Source: Lytechinus pictus
Taxonomy: Eukaryota
Length of the DNA stretch: 64,000 nucleotides
Assembly (NCBI RefSeq): GCF_037042905.1
Contig: NC_087251.1
Span: forward strand, 36,086,001-36,150,000
Reading direction: 5' to 3'
In this document: positions 39,100-51,265 of the stretch, piece by piece
Layout of the letters: every line of letters starts with the position of its first letter
Position numbering within the stretch: position 1 is the stretch's first letter
Translations under genes and position numbers: made by a program
The notes under the pieces: model-generated
Database searches by the model: none
What the model was told of the DNA's origin: nothing
Seen by the model: the letters and a program-made list of their open reading frames with translations, nothing else

Positions 39100-40000
39100 G
39101 GTGTAATCAGACCACCTCAAAAGATGGTTTCAGACTGCCTCGAAGTTCATCAGTTCCAGGTATTTTCTGATCGGGAAATTTACCCCAATCAGAAAATACC
39201 AGGTAATATTGGCAATGTGAAAGCAAATTACCTAATCTCCCCGAAAAAAATACCCACTAGTAGGTACTTGTCAAAATTACGAGAACTTTCGCGGGGATTT
39301 TTCCAAGGTCGCAGGTATTTAGGCAATGTGAAAGCAATTTACGGGAACTTTTAGCCCAGCGTGTACTTGGGCGCGGGCGCTGTGGGTGGCTGCTGAGCTA
39401 GTGATTTTGAATCTCGCACATTGCCTGCTTATCAGACCATACTGGGCATGCTCGTAACTTCAAGAACTTATCCCGAAGGGTATGTTTCAGGGCGGTGTGA
39501 ATGCAGGAATAATTAATGGGTATTTTTTAGCCTAAAAAAGTTCTCGTGATTTAACGGGGATTCTTATGATCGAGGCGGTTTGAAACCACCTAAAGTTTGT
39601 CAGTCCCAGGTATTTTCTGATCGGGAAATTTGCCCTGTTCTGCCCCGATCAGAAAATGCCAGGTAATTTTGGCAGTGTGAAAGAAAATACGCGCTGAATA
39701 GTGGGTACTTGTCAAAATAATAAGAACTTTCGCAGGAATTTTTCCAAGGTATTTCAGCAGTGTGAAAGCAAATTACAGGACCTTTCTTCACCTAGCATTT
39801 AGTTGGGCGCGGGCACCGTGGGTGGCTGCTGAGCTAGGGATTTTGAATCACGCGTCTTGCTTAATTATCAGACCGTAATGCGCATGCTCGTAACTTCTTT
39901 GGGTCGATACGAATGTGGAAATAAAACAGCTATTCTAAGGCCTGAAAAAGTTCTTGTAATTTAATGGGTACTCTGGTGTCTGAGGCGCTCTGACTACACC
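39100..40000. mobile_element. Two same-family MITEs, one nested inside the other
   Basis: Outer TIRs GGTGTAATCAGACCACCTC / GAGGCGCTCTGACTACACC. Inner copy 39123-39590 has GATGGTTTCAGACTGCCTCGA / TCGAGGCGGTTTGAAACCACC. Both bodies share CCAGGTATTTTCTGATCGGGAAATTT. Confidence 0.8.
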
Positions 40001-42548
40001 GAGGGTGTACCCCTTCAGAAAAATCCCTATTCAGCATCAGATTCATGCTAAGTCATCGAATTAGAATAATGATAAATGTAAAAATTGCAATTCCACTATG
40101 TGCTCAAGGTGCACTTGATTTTTGGAATGACTCTCCCCCCCCCCACTTGCTCATTTTTTTGTGATGCCTGTCTTCAGAAATTCAGATGTTATAATCATAA
40201 TTGTTAATTTTACCATTTTTAGTTTTATAATTATATTACTTTGTTCCTTTTGAAGGCACAGGCAAGAAATGTACAGGATCATGATATGGGGTAATATAAT
40301 TATGTATACCAAAGTTGCTGCATGAAAATCTGGGACGTGCGCCTTAGTGCTACTACACACCAGGTGCTGCGCCGAAAGTCGATGTGTAGGCCTAAAAGTT
40401 AGCTTGGTAGTTTTCCTATTTATTGCCTCTATTAATTAACTGTAGACTGCAGTAGAGTTGATTTGCTGCTCCATTCTGACTGCTTCTCAATAACAAAATT
40501 AGAAGATGTACTGAAAATATCTTGAGATGTGAAAGGATCAGATTGTTCGGGGAAAGGTTTCATGTCCCTTATCCAAACCTCTGTTTTTTTCAGATTTGAT
40601 TATGAAAATTTAGTAGAAAAAGGTTTTTGACCTTCTCAAGAAGTGTTCCCTTTTACTCTACGTGCTTTATATTGGAAAAGGTTTCATAGCCTTTTCTCCC
40701 AAACCCACTCTCCTTGAGAACAGTTTCCTCCCCCACCCCCAAGAAAAGATAATAATGATAACCTTTTTTAAAAATAAATATTTGAAAGATCTTATGTTAT
40801 ACAGTTGGCCTATATAACCAAATCTGTCTCAAACAGCCTCCCCCTTGCTAGGTAAGATTAAAAAGGAGAAAGCTTTCTTTCTGTCCACTGTTCAGAAGGG
40901 CAAGGACAGAATGACCTTCACCCTAGTCAGATCATTACCTTACACCCTCATTCCCTGATTATAGAATATGCTGCCTCCCCCTAAAATCAAAGTAGTTCAA
41001 GCTAGTCCTTGCTTTACTAACATGTGGACGAATGAGGACCTGGAATCCCCCACTCCTTCCATCGGGGTGATTTGAGTATACATGGAGGGAGCCCTTTGTC
41101 AGTGCGGTTTCCCTGCAATCCTCGTACGCTTCTGAAATCCTTTAATCGGATTGGCTGTGAGCGAATTTGGTGGTGACTCGTTTACTAAACACACCCATTG
41201 GATGTGCTGTGATTACAGTTGGAGGAGATGCCCAATGTGGGGGTAAACTATGGAGTACTTTCACCTAGTACAGAAGCAAAGAAAGCCTTTTATGGAAATG
41301 GAGAGTCAATGGTTTGCCTATAATGGAGATCAGTCATGTCCACGATGACAATAGAATGACGAGTAGCTAGATGGTTATTGCCATTTGGTATGTGTCCCTT
41401 TAGATAGAAAAAAGTCGTCCATATAGGGGGGTGGCATATTTGGTGTCTCTGTGATGGATCTTTTTATGATTACATACTCTATCTTAACATGCTTTCCATT
41501 TTTGGTATCAGACAATCTAACTAACTCTTAAATTAAAAAAAACCCAAGAATTATAGGGTATTGTGCTGCACTCGACCCAGGTGAGGAGAGTGGGTACTGG
41601 TCAGCACTGATTCTTTGAATACACTGAGTGCTGCAAATGGCAACTTTATCATCAATCACCATCACATACATTCATAGTGGATATTAGAAAAAGTAGGTCT
41701 ATATATTATTACAACACTAAGCCAGCAGCATACCTGCCAATGCCATATGGCATGTTCGTCGATTTCGTAACATGATTACTTGTATAATTGAAAACACTAA
41801 TTATGCAATGATCAGTCGTTGTGGTGAACTTCATGAACTTATTACAGTGAGCCCTCAGATTACATCCTTGATAGTCATCTAAACGTGGGTCATTTGATAT
41901 TCATATAGAGCAGATAAGTGGTTGTGTATTGCTTTCGATCCATTTTTTTTCTAATAATAATACCGCTTACATCAGTCAGGCCAGTGTGACTAATAGTGAG
42001 AGTGTAGATCAGCCGCTTGTCCTGGTGGGAGTTAGCTAGAAAGCTTAATAGGATGTACCATTTTTAGAAAAGGGGTGCAACTTCTCAATACTGATGAAAA
42101 TCATCATCCCTGTGCAGTTGAATACTGTGAGACGATACATTTATTATTTCAAACATTTAAGAAATTTAAAAAAAGTGTGTATGCTGAAGCTCATGCACCC
42201 AGTTTTGAAGAGATCGCCAATTTAATTTTATTATCGTTTCGTCCCTCTATACTTGTTATCCCTGCACTACCTGTAGAAACATGGAGTGATACCTTGTTTT
42301 TGCAGTCTTTGCTGCCACTGCCTTAGATTGGATGACAGCGGCCACTTGATATGTGAAGGTCAGTGAAGGTTGGCGATTGATTGAATGAAAATGTACATTT
42401 CCTCTTTCACTGTCTCAAGGTGAAAGTCAAGTTCAGCCGTGGAACAGCCAGTCTCAGAAATAAAGACCCTGATTTCTTTTGAAGGAGAGCTGAACTGACC
42501 AACACTGGGAATGATCTCTCATTGTCTATGTGTTATAAATAGCTAGTC

Positions 42549-42975
42549 TTAGAGGTAAAATGTAGTAGTTGCAGCAAACAATTATTTCATGAGAAAGTCC
42601 AATTAAAATCAAGGTTGTCACCATATTATCAAATGTCTAGATGTGGTACATTAATGTAAACTTTTGTGAAATCGTAAAACCTTGGCTCAAAAGCGATAAT
42701 TCTGATGATCACTAACACAGAAAAACTTATGTGGGACAGTGTATTAAAATTGCTGTGATAAATACCTGACATTTTGATGGAATTCTGTGCTTATTTGGCT
42801 TATAAGCGCTATATAAAAAACGGATTATTATTATTTCTCAGCAATCACGCATTTTCCTCCAAAGCCACTTGGGACATATTTTTTATTCATACATACAAAC
42901 ACTAAGGTGGTAGTTTTATTGAATTCTGTTCGAACTCATTTTGAGATTGTTACCACAACTGGTATTTATCTTTAC
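42549..42975 (+). mobile_element. Kolobok-like family B copy with a ~35-bp LINE-tail insertion
   Basis: Collinear with 21820-22222 except for TATAAGCGCTATATAAAAAACGGATTATTATTATT at about 42801-42835. Confidence 0.8.
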
Positions 42976-44154
42976 AATACACCTTTTGAGCTACCGGGTA
43001 ACTATTATTGATGCAGAGAACAATCTAGGCTACGATTTTACTTTTCTTGAGTTCAAACTTGAAATTTTTCAAAGTTAAACTTCTTGACTTGTTTATAGTT
43101 GGTAACATAAGTTTTATCATAAATGAACTTAATGACTGATTAATTAGTGTGTTATTATCATTCAAGTGGGTTTATTTTACATGTTACACTGTTCAGAATG
43201 TTGCATTATGGGCTGTTTTATCACTTCTTAGAAATACTTTTGAGTGAAAGCACGGTACTAATACGCTTTAACAATAATTTCATAAAACTTTTGCCTGCAT
43301 TATTCATGCCAACTAATCAACAATCTACAACCCAAGAATCGTATCATCTGCATTATCTGCACTGTGCGGAATTTGTTCTATCGCTGTGACTAAACAAAGT
43401 TATTTGATTAGGGTCTGATTAGAGGCACTAACTACTGATGTCATCAAAGTAACACCTTTAGCTCTTTATGCAAGACGATTGACATCATCAATGATTTTGG
43501 TACTCCAACTGACCTTATTCGCTCTCCTTCTTGGGTTTGAGCGTGAACCAGCGACCCACTTAGACTCACCTTTCTTCCTTGTTGACCCAGCTCTCTGAAC
43601 CTGCCACTCTACTTCGGCAACAGGATCCGCTTCAGGCTTTGTTAGACTGGCGTGCGTGCCTTTCATCCCCACTTTCTGCTTCACCCTTCTTCGATTCTGA
43701 CATTCTCTGATCCTCTTTCCCTGGATTTTATTCTAAGAATCTAATTGTTTGTGTCATATCTAGTTTACAGTCCTTGTACAGTTAAATTTGCTTTTAGTGA
43801 TTACCTGTAAAGAAAGTCCACATTTCTATGAAGAAAATAATTTGGTTTCCCTTGAATATGTGTTTACATCGAACATGTATTACAGAAACATACATGTCCA
43901 TAAAGCATAAAGGCCACTTTTCTAGAAGTCAATCCTTCTATTACCACCTTTCTTGTCTTCCCCGGGTGATCTATCTCTACAGGTTTCATTATACAATGCT
44001 ACAAGTGATTCTAAATGTCTTCTGTTTTTCTTCATTTGCATGCAAAGTAGAATATTCTGGCCATTGATGTGATATTTGGCATGATTTGAACTGGGAGCCG
44101 CAACATAATGTGGTAAAATCTCAAGAAAATATCTGAAGAAAGATTTGTGACTTG

Positions 44155-44600
44155 ATGTTTGATTTCGATTTTATTTTATTTCCACATTCCAAAAACAAAA
44201 TTATATACAAGTATATTATCATTTTTCAGCATAACAACAATAAGCAAACAACATAATGCATAACATGTTCATACATACATAACATTATTCTAATTAAAAT
44301 ATAATTGTACTTAAAATTTTATTCTTTTAATTATTGAAACATGTAGTAGAAAAAAATATGTATAAAAGTATAATGAGTATTATCTTCTTTTCAGCATAAC
44401 ATAACATTAAGCAAACAACATAGTGAATAACATGTCTATACATGCATAACATTATTCTAATTGAAATATAATTTTACTTGAAAAATTATTTTTTTAATTA
44501 TTTAAACATGTAGCAGAAATATATATATTTACATAATACGTTTTAACATGTGCGAGACCGCCATCTAAGCTTGGAGCTTGAACTTGATGGAGGCCTCGAA
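44155..44600 (-). mobile_element. Probable LINE 3' UTR on the minus strand with an internal ~165-bp duplication
   Basis: The minus strand ends GGAAATAAAATAAAATCGAAATCAAA. There is a stem-loop-like segment at about 44554-44597 and a direct duplication of about 44223-44350 at 44388-44518. Confidence 0.5.
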
Positions 44601-46761
44601 AGGAAAGGGAAAGAAAACCAGACAAACAGTGCAAAAAAAAGAGACTTGTCATGTTTATGTTCATGCAGTATGAAATGAAAATGTTAGTGTCACGCACAGA
44701 ATGCCTTGTCACGTAACTCAATTCAGCCAGCTGTTTGGTGAATTCCCATAATATACATAATGAAATAAATATAATCCAGTGCCCTACAGTCTCAGTAGTA
44801 GATGTATAGTAATGCAATTTTACTGGCTCACTAACTTCAATTATCTTTAATCTTAATTGAGATGGCTGCTCGAAAAAAGGGGATCTTGTTTGGATGATAA
44901 ATTGATCCCATTGCTCGTGCTGAAATGGCATCTCCATGGCAACATGATGTAGATGTCATATGGCTACCATTACGTATTGATGGATTTTTGTTCCCGATTT
45001 GTTTGATATAATGAAACCTTTTGATCGTTTGAAGATGATTTTGTTTTCGCCAGTAGGTGACAAGAACACACTGGTCGGGAATTCGAGTTTGGATAGTCCT
45101 TTTCAGGACCAACACATGCCCACATTAATGAATACATGGTGTACTGCATGAAAACCTCTGCACTCATCTTCATATGTTTGCCATTAGTTCCTCTGGAGAA
45201 ACAAAGATTATACCAAGGCTATATGTTTATTGTTACTCTAAAAGTTGATATATTTTAATAGACACTTTTCCTTATTTGATATCGCTTTATCCAATCACAT
45301 GAAAACAGCACTTACTGTATTCCATTATTTATTTTAAAAAATTCTTCATATTTTTACAATTTCTTTCCTTTAAAATGAAATGAAGATTGTATCAAGACTT
45401 TTTTAAATTGTTATTCTAGAGGTAATCTATTTTTGTAGGTGCTTTTCATCTTTTATTTATTATCCCTTTATAAATCAAGAGAAAAATCACTTTACGATTA
45501 TTCAAGAACTTTTACTTTACCAAGTAATTACTATTATCAACATGAGGTAATGAAGATTGTATCAAGACTGTTTTTCATTTTGTTTTTCAGAAAGGTAATA
45601 TATTTTTAAAGACATTTTTTCCCATTTATCAAAAGAAAAAGAATCCATTATTCAAGGGCTTTAGATCTTTATATTTTTGCAATTTCTTACCTTTATGAAG
45701 AAATTAAGATTATAGGCCTATCAGACATTTTTTTATTGAACTATTTTTTTTAGCAGGCAGTATTGTCGTCTGAGCAGAATAGACGATTACCTTGTTTATG
45801 CACGGAGATATTAACACGATAATAATATCCCCATGGTTTATGTTACAATATCATTTTCATTGTGTTTTTTTTTCTCTCTTCCTTGTTGGTAGTATGATAG
45901 GAGTATTATTTCCAGGTCATTAGCCTATTATAGGATGCTAATGAACTTGTTCACAGCTCATGTGTACTTCCTTCAACCTCGGCAGACGGTCAATGACACC
46001 TACACGGGAGGACCGACCATGGGGTCGGTGCAATTCTCTTCTTAATGAAATACACCACAGGTCAATAAGGATGATAAGGGAATTAGAGCGACTGCGGGCA
46101 CTGATGCGTTTATTCAACCTCTTCCTCCGCTCTTTTATTCCAATTGTCAAGTTTATTCAAGCAATATCATGCAGATCCAGATCTGACCCGAACCCCCTGA
46201 ACAATTAGCCCACTGGCTATTTTGTATATTTTTATTCCATCTCTTTTTTTTCTTGTATTCTTTAGCTCTGGTGTGTTGGTGCATATAGGTCATCAAGAAT
46301 GCTTTGTGTCTGGTCAGTACTTTTTTTCTTGATGGAAATATTGGAATGAATGAGTGGTTGGCCTCAAGACAAAGGGAGTGAAAAGAAGAGTGATTGACCC
46401 CCTGTTTTTTAAATTCAGTCTACTCTTTTCTTAGACTGCTACTTCAGACTGTACTACTCTTTTTCTTATTTAATTTATTCAAGCTGTTTATACCTAAGAT
46501 TGAGATTGAATGTTGCATACCAGTACATGCAAGTGCATTAAAGTGTTTTTTTTTTAATATAAAATATATACAAAAATACAATACAAAAAATATCCCACAT
46601 ATTTGCGCAATAGCTTTTAGGTTTTGTAATATTGCATTTGCCTATTCATTTGTGTATATTTTATCTTGATGTGATGAAACATACAAATTACAACAACAAT
46701 TTTTTTTTCATATATTCTTGAAATTCCTGAAGTAATTTATACCATATTATGTGAATGAGTT

Positions 46762-47158
46762 CAGGGTTCCCAGCCCATCAGGGAAAATTATTTTACTTTT
46801 TTCCAGTCAGGGAAAATTCAGGGAATTTTATTTAAAAATACCTAAAATCAGGGGGGAAATGCCTCAAATGAGGGAAAAATCAGGTAATTTTGATCAGCCC
46901 ATAAATCAAAAGCAAGGTAGTCAGTCAGACTCTGTTATATTTTGTTGCATATCAAAACAACATCCATTAAATGACTGGTTATGGTGGTACTAATTAGTTT
47001 TACATTATTGTGTTTATTTTGAAAATACATGTAATTTACTGCAACAACTTAGAAAAACATGCGAAATTGGGAATGGGTTTAAATAATTATCAGGGAATTT
47101 TAAAATTTCATCAGGGAAAAATCAGGGAATTTTGTTTTCTTGAAAAGCTGGAACCCTG
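46762..47158. mobile_element. hAT-like MITE
   Basis: CAGGGTTCC...GGAACCCTG termini with subterminal TCAGGGAAAA repeats at both ends. Confidence 0.75.
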
Positions 47159-47835
47159 TAAGTTAAAGTATATTTGTGATGTTGTGTGTACCTTCAATCT
47201 TCAAGTGTCCTGCACGTCTAGACTAATTTTTCTCCCCACAGACAAGCACACCGATTACTCTATAAACCCTCATCAGACAAGAATTGGGATTGATTTTGAA
47301 CCAAGCAGGGGTTGAGAGCTTAACTTTCACCCTCCATTCAACCCTCCGTGGCCCGACGTTGCCCTTGATTGCCCTTCAGCCGCCCTCATCAGTGACCTCA
47401 ATCATCACCTCTTTGACTCTGTGGTTGAACTGTCACTTGTCCTGTCTGAGCGGCCATCCAGCCAGACAGAGTTCATCAGAGAGTTGAACTTGAGTTGCCC
47501 CAACCCAAATCAACTGGATTGAACTCTGCTTGCCCTGACCGGGCCGTGGATTGAACTTTTTTTGTGAGAAGATCCTGAATGAATCATTCGTTGAACTTTT
47601 CTATTACTGAGGAGTACTCCTCCTCCTCACCTAATCTCTTAATTTGAACATTCCTGGAAGACTCCTGTGGTTGTGGCTTGTTCATCTTCCTGTGGTTTTT
47701 GTCAATGGGAATCTTTTGGGTTTATCTGTATGTTCCAGGATGATAGTTCATCAGGGATTCTCTGTAAAAGACCTTGCCATTTACCAATTATCTCCTGTAA
47801 CTAAGCCCGGTCCATGCCTGAACAAAGAGTTGTCT

Positions 47836-48457
47836 TTAAAGGACAAGTCCACCCCAGCAAACATTGATTTGAATAAAAAGAGAAAAATCCAACAAGCATA
47901 ACACTGAAAATTTTAGTAAAAAATTTCATCCAAATCGGATGTAAAATAAAGTTACAACATTCTAAACTTGTACTTAATTTCACAAAACATTTATATGCAC
48001 ATCCTAGTCAGTATGCAAATGAGGAGACTGATGATGTCATCCACTCACTATTTCTTTTGTATTTTATTATATTAAATATGGCATATTCAAAAATGTTCCT
48101 CATTGTCAAGTGAAACAACAATTAATTACTCCCTGAACATGTGGAATTAGCATTTTTTGATAGTATATGGTTCAGTCAAGTTGGTCCTTATTGTCAAATC
48201 TATCAAAAAAATGAAATATTGTATAATTCAAACAATAAAAAAACAAAAGAAATAGTGAGTGAAGGACATCATCGACTGTCTAATTTGCATGTCACTGAAT
48301 TGTGCATGTCACTGTTTTGCAAAAAACAAGCGAAACTTTAAAATGTCATAACTTTCTTATTTACATCCGATTTTGATGAAATTTTCAGCATTATGCTAGT
48401 TTGATTTTTCTCTATTTATTCAAATCAACATTTTTCTGGGGTGGACTTGTCCTTTGA
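47836..48457 (-). mobile_element. Kolobok-like MITE family A, copy 7 (inverted)
   Basis: TTAA|AGGACAAGTCCACCCCAG...CTGGGGTGGACTTGTCCT|TTGA. Confidence 0.88.
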
Positions 48458-49136
48458 ATACTGAGAATACCTATATATTCAAAGTGAAAAGAAGAAGAAT
48501 ATCATCTTGTATTTAGAATAAAGGCATGTAGAACGGAATATTATTTTTAAATAAATTAGAGTGTAGAATTGAAGGGAAAAAAAGTTTTAAATGAAAGATA
48601 TAATTTGTATTTATGAACTGAATCATACACAAATTTTCTTCCTTTTGTTTATTGTAACTTTGTCATCATCCTTCAGTCATTTGTTATGCTAAATGATATT
48701 GTGCCAATTTAACTGCACCTCTATCACATTCTCCAACTTTATGTTACAATCGAATATCAACATCAGTTGGCCTTTAACCCAGTAACCAGCTTATCTCATC
48801 AATCAATCAACAGTAGTCAGCAAACAATTTTTTACTGGTACATTTATCACTTTTATGATTTTCTCAGCATCAGATTTCCTTAGGGCTCCTACAAAAATAG
48901 TGTTAAACATTCTGTAGAATACAATTTTTATAGTTTTATTTGTAATTTGATCACTGTTTTTCATTGAATACTAGGCAAGTTTGTATTTTGCTGGTATTGC
49001 CTTAAAATATATTCTTAAAAAAGGTAGAATGTTCAAGTGGCTTATCAGATTTTGTTTCGTAAATCTGGGTTTTAGCGAAAGAATGTGATCAGCCAAATAT
49101 AATCAACCATATCTTTTTGAATATTTATAAAATAAA

Positions 49137-49240
49137 CATTTTCAAATGATAATTTTCACACAATTAAATTAAGATTAGGAGATATATACATTTTCAAATG
49201 ATAATTTTCACACAATTAAATTAAGATTAGGAGATATATA
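49137..49240. repeat. Perfect 52-bp tandem duplication
   Basis: CATTTTCAAATGATAATTTTCACACAATTAAATTAAGATTAGGAGATATATA occurs twice in tandem. Confidence 0.9.
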
Positions 49241-50674
49241 TCTACTTTTTAATGAAATGTCAGGAAAAAGTTAGGCATCTCTTGTGGGGAACATCACCCC
49301 TTTCCCTCCCTTCTGTGTTATATCATGTTGTTAGTATTATAAATAACCCAATCTAACATTAGATCGTATTCTAAAGTTCTTCTTTCGTTACCAGTTAAAT
49401 ACCTTCATATATTTCTAACAATAACTGTAACAACCCCTCCCCCCTTTTGAACGATACTAATTAAAGTTTTAAGAAAATAAAAATGAAATACAATCTTGAG
49501 GCTAGACTAGGTGACATGTCGGGCACGAGATAATCTTCATGAGGAAACTTTTCATCGTTTTTTTTTTCCTTGAGTCATGCGAGGGTGAACGGGTTGGTAT
49601 CGACAGTCAAGTGGAGTTCATGGTAGGTTTGAACTCTCCTTGTCACCATGTAGCCCTTGGGTTGAACTCTCTAGCGATATCACCAAGAGTCTTCTGACTT
49701 CCAAAGTACCTCTAGCTCCGGGGATAACTCCATGCCTTCTAGTCTCCGTACCTCAACCTCATGTGATCAAACATCCTTTCCCTCGTCTCCTCCGCCGCTT
49801 CGCTTTATGCAGCCTCTGCGGCTTGGGCAGTGAAAGTCTGACCTGGCAACTGTGACAAAAATATTAGCGATCGATCGTTGGGCTGATGTTACGATTGATC
49901 ATACACATTGAATAATCAATGACATCAATTGTAGAAATTAGCCACGAGATCAGTATCTAAGCTATATTTTACAGGGGCCCTGGTGAAGCAAAATGGTTCA
50001 CTGTATATGAGACCAGACAAGAAAAATTACAATTAATTGTACCAACTAAATGTATGAGTTATCTTTTCATTTTGCCAATTTTGTTGAGGCTCTTGCTATA
50101 AAGTGAGTTCAAATTATTGTATCCCAATATATGTAAATCTTCAGATAACAATAATCTTATCATGTGAATTATAAGGTCTGTAAATTGGGATGTCTAGGCT
50201 TTAGCTCATCAATTGGTCCCAAATCATTCTATCCTATGAATATGTTGTTTGGGTTTGATCCCAGCTCTTAATGCTAAATCAGGCGGCATATTTCCATTAA
50301 AATATACTTCCAATTTTCGACACCGCGTAACATCAAAAGGTCTGCATCAGACGAGACTCTCCCCATCATGTGTTTATGACACCATTTCATAACTCTGTAA
50401 ATCTCAAGTCCGATCTACAAATAGGATTTCCTTTCCTTCGAATTTATTGTTTGCACAAAGCGGTGTCGGTTACCTATTGACGAGATGAAAAACATATCAT
50501 ATGACAATTTCGGTCAGGAAGATGGCCATAGATCATTCTTATTAGTCCTTGTCTCTTGAGTCATCTCTTGTTACCTGGAGATTAACGATGTTTGTTTATG
50601 CAAGGTCAGATTGTTCAGATAGGAATTTATTCATATCTTGGTTCCTGGTATAAAGATGTTCTAGCAGAATCTTT

Positions 50675-51265
50675 TTAAAGGTCAAGTCCACCTCAGAAAA
50701 ATGTTGATTTGAATAAATAGAGATAAATCAAACTAGCAAAACGCTGAAAATTTCAACAAAATCGGATGTAAATAAGAAAGTTATGACATTTGAAATTTTT
50801 GCTTATTTTTCCACAAAACAGTGATATGCACAACTCAAATGAGACAGTCGATGATGTCCCTCACTCACTATTTCTTTTGTGTTTTATTGTTTGAATTATA
50901 CAATATTTTATTTTTTATAGATTTGACAATAAGGACCAACTTGACTGAAACATATAGTATTAATCAATGCTCATTCCACATGTTCAGGGAGGAATTAATC
51001 GTTGTTTCACTTGACAATGAGGAGAAAAATAGATATTCCCTATTTCATATGATAAAATACAAAAGAAATAGTGAGTGGATGACGTTATCAGTTTCCTCAT
51101 TTGCATACCCACCAGGATGTGCTTTTAACTGTATTGTGAAATTAAGCAAAATTTTAAAACTTTCTTACTATACGTCCGACTTTGATGAAATTTTCAGGGT
51201 TATGCTTATTTGATTTTTCTCCTTTTATTGAAATCAACTTTTTGTTGGGGTGGACTGTCCTTTAA
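50675..51265 (+). mobile_element. Kolobok-like MITE family A, copy 8
   Basis: TTAA|AGGTCAAGTCCACC...GGGGTGGACTGTCCT|TTAA. Confidence 0.88.

Noticed and set aside
9098..51213. Recurring similar ORFs (…IKYKRNSEWMTSSVSSFAY…) at 9098, 16786, 27204 and 50821
   Set aside because: All lie within family A MITE copies, have variable starts and frameshifts, and show no transposase motifs.
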